Of a DNA stretch of 64,000 nt, positions 57,038-64,000 are shown piece after piece. Position 1 is the stretch's first letter, and every line of letters begins with the position of its first letter. Below the pieces are notes generated by a model. It ran no database searches. It was not told the origin of the DNA and was given only the letters and a program-made list of their open reading frames with translations. Origin of the DNA: a virus. Where the stretch lies: the IMG/VR virus record IMGVR_UViG_3300034105_003474, positions 32,001-96,000 of that record; one strand, written 5' to 3'. The position numbers were made by a program, and so were the translations under genes.

Positions 57038-58756
57038 TTATTTTTTCTTCTTTGCGCTGACCAAGTCTGGCTTAATGAAGGTTTCGTACTGCCAACGAGG
57101 TGCTGTTCTTTCAATACCGTCAAGACCTGTGTAAGTAACAAGTTCCAACGGCTTAGGAACATTTCCTGTATCGGTGATAAACTTAAATGCACCTTCTGAG
57201 TTTTTGGCAAAATTCTCAATATTTGAAATAATGTTATCTTTTGTGCTTGATTCTGCAAGAGAGTTAATCATTCGTGGGAACTTGCGCTTCTCGCCAATCG
57301 TAAATGGTCGTGAACGCTCAATACTTACCACTACACCGTTTGGTGCAACAAACGCAATTTTACTCATTGAAGGACCACCCAATAGTGCCAGATCATCTGC
57401 TCCTATATCAGCAGGTAGTTGAATGGCGCGAACCATTGCGCCGTCAACCATGTCAGGGTTCTCGCTAAAAGAACGAAGAACAGATGAAGCAACAACAGGA
57501 CGCAAAACCACTCCGTCTCTGCGGATCATTCTGCCTTCACCTTTTGGTGCGCCTTTAAGCAAGTTGATTGAATCCGATACTGAACGGTTGAATTTATCTT
57601 TTTGGAATGCACCTGTTCGTGGTATCTGTGCCATGCGCTGAATTTGAATTGTTCGCGCTGCTGTCGGTGAACCTTCTAATACTTCGGACAGATTCTCTGC
57701 TCGCGCTTGTGGAAGTTTTGGTGATGCTGTCGGGCGCATTGCTCGCCTTATGAGTTCTAGCGGACCTGGTATTTCAAACAACTGCGCACCACAAGTGGAG
57801 AAACGATTGTCCGTGAAACGACCACCAAATTCAAAACCGGCAGGGCATCGTGCTTGACGCCTGCGATTAGGCTTGAGCCTGCTGAGCGCCCCACCGCCAC
57901 CGCCGGGAATAAGTGCGCCATAAAGTCTTGAGCGAATAGGTGCGCTGAATGGGGATATGTTGCCCGGTGTTACTACAGAACCAACTGCCTGAGCCGCTCT
58001 ACCAAGTCCACTTGAAGAACCAACAAGACCTGCTTTGATTTCCATGTCTTCAGCGTCATCTTTTTCAACACGGTATCCACCGCCACGCTTCTTGTATTCG
58101 CGAACAAGCCAAGCGTTAGCGTAAGCAGAAGGGTATACATTGAATTTCTTTTTTGCTTCGGCTTTTACTCGCGCATAAAGTTCTTTGTCCGTTGGGATAT
58201 TCGCACCTTTTAATGTGGTCTCATCAGATTTGAATGTGGACACATTGATCGGCTTGTTTTCTTCTCGGTTACCCGCTGTTTCTGCACGACGCTTTCTGCG
58301 AACAGCGGAATCAATTTCTTCTGCGGACATTCTCATCGCTGTAGATTTCTTTACACACTTAGGGTATTTACCTGAATCTGCGTCTCCGCGACCACATGAC
58401 TCAAATCCGCCACCTTTTTTCGGGCGTGAAATATCAACCCATTCTTCTTCAAACCATTTCCCTAATCCACCGCGCTTGGATTCATCACCGATAAAGGTTT
58501 CTGCACCTAGTTTTGATGTACGAGACTTTAGGTAAAGTTTTGCTTTAAAGTTTAGAAGAGCCCTACTTCCGTCAAGCGGAGTTTTACGAACATCTGATCC
58601 TTTAGTGAAAAGGAATTTTGTTTTTGCATTATCAGGGTTAAAATAAATTTCCTCACCAGAGACAATATTCGTCCGTTTCATAGCAGTTTTCATACGCATA
58701 GACATACGGAGTTTTCTCGCAAAATACTCAAAGTCTTGGTTGAGATAACTACTCAT
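57038..58756 (-). CDS. Multidomain head-associated protein (DUF5872-like domains + divergent RCPxG module)
   Basis: GL.KWF.E.WVDI; YPSAYANAWLVREYKKRGG; RCPAGFEFGGRFTDNRFSTC. Confidence 0.65.
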   Translation of the reverse strand: MSSYLNQDFEYFARKLRMSMRMKTAMKRTNIVSGEEIYFNPDNAKTKFLFTKGSDVRKTPLDGSRALLNFKAKLYLKSRTSKLGAETFIGDESKRGGLGKWFEEEWVDISRPKKGGGFESCGRGDADSGKYPKCVKKSTAMRMSAEEIDSAVRRKRRAETAGNREENKPINVSTFKSDETTLKGANIPTDKELYARVKAEAKKKFNVYPSAYANAWLVREYKKRGGGYRVEKDDAEDMEIKAGLVGSSSGLGRAAQAVGSVVTPGNISPFSAPIRSRLYGALIPGGGGGALSRLKPNRRRQARCPAGFEFGGRFTDNRFSTCGAQLFEIPGPLELIRRAMRPTASPKLPQARAENLSEVLEGSPTAARTIQIQRMAQIPRTGAFQKDKFNRSVSDSINLLKGAPKGEGRMIRRDGVVLRPVVASSVLRSFSENPDMVDGAMVRAIQLPADIGADDLALLGGPSMSKIAFVAPNGVVVSIERSRPFTIGEKRKFPRMINSLAESSTKDNIISNIENFAKNSEGAFKFITDTGNVPKPLELVTYTGLDGIERTAPRWQYETFIKPDLVSAKKKK

Positions 58757-59066
58757 TTTTTGCCGATTCTTTCGGTTCTTCAGGTTCCGCTATTTCTGCG
58801 GGCAAGGTTGTCTTCCACTTTTTAGCCAACTGCCTTAAAAGTGTAATATTTTTTTCATCCAGCACATTAGTACTAACACTATGATACGACATTCCCGAGG
58901 TTGCTTTTTCAATAGTGTCCCTTTGGGACAGAAACAATTCGTTTGTCAAACTTGATGCGAACTTCGGGTCAGGGGCTACCACACCAAAAATGCCGTAATC
59001 CCCCTCAAGAAGAACATATGGGATACCTGAAACATCGGCACTCGGGGTAACTAGGGCGTATCTCAT
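58749..59066 (-). CDS. Small protein, putative immunity partner of kinase 1
   Basis: ATGA overlap with the 617 aa kinase gene. Confidence 0.5.
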   Translation of the reverse strand: MRYALVTPSADVSGIPYVLLEGDYGIFGVVAPDPKFASSLTNELFLSQRDTIEKATSGMSYHSVSTNVLDEKNITLLRQLAKKWKTTLPAEIAEPEEPKESAKNE

Positions 59067-60916
59067 ACAACACTCGCGACTATATCTTCCAACGCTGAGT
59101 CAGCCTTGAGTTTTGGTGGTTTTACAACAAGGTCTGCCAATTGTTTTGGGGTCATTGCTTGCATCTCTCTTAAGCGTGACGACGCCTTTCCGATGTCTGC
59201 CTGCATCTTTTCCATTTCTTTCAACTTTTCGGGAGACATCGCCCATTCTCCTATCAAATTACGATCTTTCAGCATCTCGTCAAGTTGACTCAAGAGACGA
59301 TTTTCCAATGAATCTGCGTCAATTTTCTTTATATCTTGGAGAACTTTTTCAGCATCCTCAACCAGTTTTGCATGCTTCTCAACTGTCCCACCGTGGCGAC
59401 TATTCAGTTCTTGACCAAGATAACCATATTGAAGACCGCCAGCAAACTTTTCTGCTGTTTCGCTGAAATCAAAAACGTTGAGAATAAAACTATGGTCAAT
59501 GGGGACTGCGTCCACACCATCAGAGTTTTCAGCAAAAAGGATGTTTCCGCTATGCCTGTCACCATTAGCCATAGCAATATCCATGATTTGCATATGGAGT
59601 AGTTTGCGACTGTCCACCTTTGCCAATGTTTCAGGGGTGGCAGAGAGTATTTGTCCCTCATATGAGTTGTGAACCAAATCGGTTACTACTCCCATGGCTG
59701 CCTGTGTCGGGGATGCTTGAACAACTCGCAAAGATGAAGATGGATACCCAAAGTCTTCTGTCATGGAAACAGCAAGAACTTCGCTCGCTGGCTCATACCA
59801 TCGGGATGCTCCTCCCTTGGTCAGAGGGGCATTGCTTAACGGGGATTTTTTATCCCAAAGTTGTGTGCGTGAAGCGTATTTAACGCCCAACATTTGACCT
59901 GTAGTTCTATCACGCAAGCGGTTCATTCCAACCACTCCCCCACCAGTGCCAATAAGTTCAAACCTCTTCAGTTCCGCAATGTTCCCATCCTCGTCGTAAA
60001 CATCAATATTTTCTAGGATTGCGTCAAGAACCAGAGTGTCGCTGATTTCGTTCAGTTTCCCGCCATTAGCGATATGTTGTGAAGCCTTTTCACCAGTATC
60101 AATGTTTTTATCCACGCTAGGTAAATCACGGGCAATGTTCCTACCGTTGGCATCAGCAACACCAATTTGTGGGTCAAAGTCTTTAGCCTTGGCAATAGCG
60201 CTGTTGCCTTTCTTGAACCCGCTAGGGGATTTGACCACGGGTGGATCAGCCTTTGGATCGTCTTTTTTATCTTTGCGACGCTTTAATGTCGCTAAGAGGA
60301 AATTCTTTGCATCAACGGTGGCGTCTCGTTTAATCTTCCCCGCTACTGCTTCCAACTGTTCTTTTTTCTTGTCAGATATTTTCCCGCGCCTATGAAGCGA
60401 GTCAGTAGCAAAGTCCAATAGTTGCGCACCGCCAGACTTCAATAAAACCATACCGAAAAGCGTAGATTGTGTCATTGAATCTGAACCATCTGCGTACATG
60501 TAATCCATTGTTTGCAGGGCAATCATCGCCGCTGCTTTTGAACCATTTTTTACTTTTTCAGATTTGAAAATTACCCGAGCGCCATCAATCAATTTTCCAG
60601 CCATGGAAGCCGCCCCGCGTGCTGCTGATTCAGCAGAAGGGGTGAGGCAGTTGGACATCTGCATGTCGGTGAACTGATTTGCGTTAGGTGTACCGGGTGG
60701 GCATCGCAACTTACCCAAAGAATCAACTATCACCCCCGCAGCACGCGCCGCTCTATGACCAACAGAGGTTAACTCTGGTCGGTCTTTTACAGTAGGTCCA
60801 AGGAAACCTTTGAACAGCAAAACATTCTCTTGAACAGCAGCAACAGATTTGCGGTATTCTGCAACTCTCTCGTTTGCGTCAAAAGCGCGAGACGATTTAA
60901 TCATCGCCTCAACCAA
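59063..60916 (-). CDS. Polymorphic effector with HipA/PI3-4K-like kinase domain (divergent RCPxG module)
   Basis: RCPPGTPNANQFTDMQMSNC; GGGVVG, GVKY, SEVLA, NGDRHSGN, PIDHS. Confidence 0.75.
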   Translation of the reverse strand: MVEAMIKSSRAFDANERVAEYRKSVAAVQENVLLFKGFLGPTVKDRPELTSVGHRAARAAGVIVDSLGKLRCPPGTPNANQFTDMQMSNCLTPSAESAARGAASMAGKLIDGARVIFKSEKVKNGSKAAAMIALQTMDYMYADGSDSMTQSTLFGMVLLKSGGAQLLDFATDSLHRRGKISDKKKEQLEAVAGKIKRDATVDAKNFLLATLKRRKDKKDDPKADPPVVKSPSGFKKGNSAIAKAKDFDPQIGVADANGRNIARDLPSVDKNIDTGEKASQHIANGGKLNEISDTLVLDAILENIDVYDEDGNIAELKRFELIGTGGGVVGMNRLRDRTTGQMLGVKYASRTQLWDKKSPLSNAPLTKGGASRWYEPASEVLAVSMTEDFGYPSSSLRVVQASPTQAAMGVVTDLVHNSYEGQILSATPETLAKVDSRKLLHMQIMDIAMANGDRHSGNILFAENSDGVDAVPIDHSFILNVFDFSETAEKFAGGLQYGYLGQELNSRHGGTVEKHAKLVEDAEKVLQDIKKIDADSLENRLLSQLDEMLKDRNLIGEWAMSPEKLKEMEKMQADIGKASSRLREMQAMTPKQLADLVVKPPKLKADSALEDIVASVV

Positions 60917-61246
60917 CTATTTGTCGCTAGATTCTGACGCTTTGTTAAAGAAAGAAAGTGGAACAACATCATCATCCTCTGCATCTTTTTTCTTAGAAGG
61001 CTTTTTCGTTTCCACTTTGGTTTCTTGTGCATCCTCAACAGGTTCATCAACGCTGATCTCTACTGATGCAGGTGTTTCAACTTCCAACACTGCTTCTTCA
61101 ACGACAACTACTTCCTCTTTGACTTCAACCTCAACAACAGAAATCTGAACTTCAGGCGTCTCAACTACGGGCACTTGTTCTTGTTTTGTGTCAAAAGCAA
61201 GACCAGAAGTGTTCACTGAGTCAAAAGGTTGGTTTTCTTTTTTCAT
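60917..61246 (-). CDS. Glu/Val-rich low-complexity protein
   Basis: Coupled to both flanking genes. Confidence 0.55.
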   Translation of the reverse strand: MKKENQPFDSVNTSGLAFDTKQEQVPVVETPEVQISVVEVEVKEEVVVVEEAVLEVETPASVEISVDEPVEDAQETKVETKKPSKKKDAEDDDVVPLSFFNKASESSDK

Positions 61247-62724
61247 TAAATGTCGCCAAGACCTGTTTCAATTTCAAGCATTTCAAGTTCCATCAAACTG
61301 CTTAGGAACTCTTTCGCTTCGTCATCCAAAAGAGTCTTTTCTTCCGACCATTCGGCAGGAATCATGTCTTCTTTGTCAAGTTCCATTGCACGCTTCTTGA
61401 TGTGTGCTTTTGCTTTTTCTTTATCTTTTGCGCGACCGTAAGACATGATTGCGTTCTTCAAGTCTTCTTCGTCCTTGATTGGGTATGAGCCGTCTGGCAA
61501 AGCCATTCCGCCCTTAGCCATTTCGTCACGCTCATCTTCGCTGTACATTGCCTTAAGGGCAACATCGGCTACTTCTGCATCAATGTCTGCGGCTTCTTCA
61601 GGATCGTATTCATCAAATCCGAGGATTTCACCGTCAACACCAACATAAACATCGTATGACTTTCCGTCTACGCCTTCAATTTCTACAGCGTAAGCGTCGT
61701 AACCATCAAACATATCTGCGTCTACAGAAACAACTTCGCCTTCAATTGACTTGGTTGCAATATCTGAAGCCTCACTGAACGAGATTACTTTTTGTCCGGG
61801 TACGGTTGCTACTTCACCGATCAAATCTTCATTCAAAAGGTGCCAGCCCATGCACTCGCCTGACGAACCGTCAAAGTAAGCCTCAACTGGCTTTCCATCT
61901 TTGCGTTGAACATCAACAACAAAAACATCAACTTCGTCCGCGTAGCCAGAGTCAAGAACTTTTCCTGCGAACATGCTCTCTGCCATTCCTTCAATTTCAA
62001 GAAGACTTGGCATTGTGTCTTGTTGTTCACATCCACCTGGGCATGATGCACAGATTTCTGAACCACCCGCATAGACGCGACGCTCAATGGCGCAAACAAA
62101 AGCAAGATCGTCGTAGTCAGCAGACTTGACACCCATTGTTTCCATGCGCTTAGCGCGAGCCTTCTTGCGTTGCTCCATCATCTTTTCAATCTCGCTGTAC
62201 ATCTTCTCTTCTTCATCATCAAGATCTTCAGGCATGTCTTCTTCGTCGTCTTCTTCTTCCATATCCACGACTTCAGTAGGCTTCTTTTTCTTTTTTGCAG
62301 GAGCAGGGGTCATTCCCTCTTCCATCATTGCGAGATCTTCTTCCATCTTTGCTCCCTTTTCGTCTGAAGCGGTAACCCACTCAGATTTTTCGGTTGCTAC
62401 TTCTGGTGCTGCGTCAGCAGGTACGGCTTCTTCCGTTTGCGTGACAGCCTTCGCTCCACACTTGCCACAAACTTTTGCGCCGGGCTTGTAGCCACATTCT
62501 GTTAACTCCAAACCTTTGGCGCATTCAATTCCGCCGTCTGCAAGAAGTTTTACTGTTGGTGTTTCGCTAGCCATGTTCGTGGACTCCTTGTAGTGCATTG
62601 TTTTTGCAATACACTTTGTTGGATTAGAGCAAACAGAGCATGGCGTCAAGCGTTTATCGCCTGACATCAGACACTGATATTTTGCTGTTTTTTGTGGTAA
62701 ACCTGTTATTGAAGTATAACCCAT
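61246..62724 (-). CDS. Acidic head-associated protein with PepSY-like repeats and an ALPDGSYPI domain (alternative start 62574)
   Basis: Two A..IA....G.V......Y.V.I....G...V.V repeats; ALPDGSYPI..DL.NAI..YGRA. Confidence 0.65.
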   Translation of the reverse strand: MGYTSITGLPQKTAKYQCLMSGDKRLTPCSVCSNPTKCIAKTMHYKESTNMASETPTVKLLADGGIECAKGLELTECGYKPGAKVCGKCGAKAVTQTEEAVPADAAPEVATEKSEWVTASDEKGAKMEEDLAMMEEGMTPAPAKKKKKPTEVVDMEEEDDEEDMPEDLDDEEEKMYSEIEKMMEQRKKARAKRMETMGVKSADYDDLAFVCAIERRVYAGGSEICASCPGGCEQQDTMPSLLEIEGMAESMFAGKVLDSGYADEVDVFVVDVQRKDGKPVEAYFDGSSGECMGWHLLNEDLIGEVATVPGQKVISFSEASDIATKSIEGEVVSVDADMFDGYDAYAVEIEGVDGKSYDVYVGVDGEILGFDEYDPEEAADIDAEVADVALKAMYSEDERDEMAKGGMALPDGSYPIKDEEDLKNAIMSYGRAKDKEKAKAHIKKRAMELDKEDMIPAEWSEEKTLLDDEAKEFLSSLMELEMLEIETGLGDI

Positions 62725-62778
62725 ATTAGTGTTTTGTTTTTGTTACAAATGGAACAGTCTTAAAAACCGTTTTTTTAT

Positions 62779-63999
62779 TTACATTGAGTCCATGATGTTG
62801 AGCAACGCATCAAATGCTTCGTCCTCTACACCATCAATCTCAACCATCACTCCGTCCTCGGTGACTTCTGATTTGATTTGATAATAATCCAGAATTGGAT
62901 CCAAAAGTTCTTTGACTTCGTACAGTGATCGTTCAGCAGAAGAAACCATGAGAGTTTCTTTCTCATCCAAGGACAATGACTTAGCCTCAATCTCTGAAGC
63001 CACACCACCTGAACTCAACACTTCCTTGAGAAGGTTGAAAGCGTTCTGTAGTTTTGTCATATTCCGTGAACTGATAACCCGTCCTGCTTTGACTTCAATG
63101 TCTTCATCGGCGTCTTTGCCCATGAGTTCAGCAATAGCCGCCATCAGCATGCCCATCATCTGCTTAGGGTCTTTGCCTCCGCCACCGCAACCACAGTCAT
63201 CATCGTCGTCAGAGTCTTTGTAGTAAGGCATTTCCATAACTCCGCCGTTATCGTCATCGCCTTCCATGACCCAGTTTTTCTTATCTGCCATGTAGTTGAT
63301 GAAGTCAGGCTCATCATTCATGAATTGCTTCAGAGCCTCATAAGCCTTTTCGTTGCCCTCGTCTTCGTTCTCAAACTCAACATCTTCCATTTTCATGGTT
63401 TCTTCTGTTTCATCTGATTCAGCCAAACGGTCAGCCATAGCCTCCATCATTTCGTAACCCTTTTCCTCAGAGTCAAGGAAGTCAAATATTGACTTGATTT
63501 CTTCTTCAGTCATGGTTTCAAGCGATTTGCCGGGCTTGAGTACTCCCCTAAGACGGTTATTGAATTCGTCGTCGTCCCAGTTCAACTTGCGTAGTTTGCC
63601 ACGACAGTTCTTCATGCCCGGATGATGGCATCCTTCGTTCGGCCAGAGACCAGTTGTTTCATGGTGAAGCCAAGCGCAAATATTACTCAACGGGTAAAGT
63701 TCAGGGTGGTTGGCGAGAATCACACGGCAACGGCGGAATCCGCCCGGCTTGCGCATGATTGGGCGCCAGTAGCGGAGCAGTTTTTCAAGGTTTCCACGAC
63801 GAGGACCGTATCCACGGGTACGGGCAGTAACAATTTCTTGAGGAATGATACCGCCAAGTGGGTCAGCCTTTTCAGGTGACTTTGGTTTTACGCCTGCTGG
63901 TACCTGTGGATCTGCATCAAGGTTGTATCGGTCTTCGTACCTGCGCTCAGCGTCAGAACCGCTTGGCTTGTCTCCATCAACATTGATGTAAACAACCTG
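62779..63999 (-). CDS. 3' part of a large head-maturation protein, probably the prohead protease C-terminal region; open to the window edge
   Basis: Frame stays open upstream of 63756; L.RYW...FRRC...CA.LH...TG.WP and KAGRVISSRN..KL motifs seen in actinophage capsid-maturation proteins. Confidence 0.6.
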   Translation of the reverse strand, partial: QVVYINVDGDKPSGSDAERRYEDRYNLDADPQVPAGVKPKSPEKADPLGGIIPQEIVTARTRGYGPRRGNLEKLLRYWRPIMRKPGGFRRCRVILANHPELYPLSNICAWLHHETTGLWPNEGCHHPGMKNCRGKLRKLNWDDDEFNNRLRGVLKPGKSLETMTEEEIKSIFDFLDSEEKGYEMMEAMADRLAESDETEETMKMEDVEFENEDEGNEKAYEALKQFMNDEPDFINYMADKKNWVMEGDDDNGGVMEMPYYKDSDDDDDCGCGGGGKDPKQMMGMLMAAIAELMGKDADEDIEVKAGRVISSRNMTKLQNAFNLLKEVLSSGGVASEIEAKSLSLDEKETLMVSSAERSLYEVKELLDPILDYYQIKSEVTEDGVMVEIDGVEDEAFDALLNIMDSM

Positions 64000-64000
64000 T

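Overview
64 kb of a large tailed dsDNA phage genome. The host is probably an actinobacterium, inferred from a WhiB gene, an actinobacterial-type SSB and SLT, and many leaderless genes. No rRNA, tRNA, CRISPR array or integrase was recognised. Layout: (1) 1-15 kb, small accessory genes plus a MoxR AAA/vWA pair. Most have a phage-specific promoter (TGYNACACCS-N6-TANNNT, 12 copies), and five copies of a composite non-coding element (22-bp box plus AGYCCCGC octamers in fixed phase) lie between them. (2) 15-42 kb, DNA metabolism and regulation: SNF2/HARP helicase, DUF932, SSB, HNHs, two DNA MTases, ParB-like, RuvC-like, WhiB, primase-helicase, class II RNR, and an adjacent CX5R phosphatase and HDAC-family deacetylase. 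A sharp strand-skew inversion at about 24.96 kb looks like a bidirectional origin. (3) 42-64 kb, a minus-strand head module with an HK97-fold major capsid protein. The main candidate novel system lies between a probable prohead-protease-type gene and the capsid gene. It is an array of polymorphic proteins, five of which carry a conserved Cys motif (RCPxGTxxGGxxTDxxxxxC), with swappable C-terminal enzyme domains: three HipA/PI3K-like kinases, one GNAT and, in a neighbour lacking the motif, one ART-like domain. The four kinase/GNAT genes are each followed by a small partner gene, and domain borders carry recurring hydrophobic-K-(A/G/S) sites. This suggests capsid-packaged, protease-released protein-modifying effectors, with candidate eraser enzymes (phosphatase, deacetylase) encoded next to the module. 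All family calls come from motif recognition only; no database searches were run.
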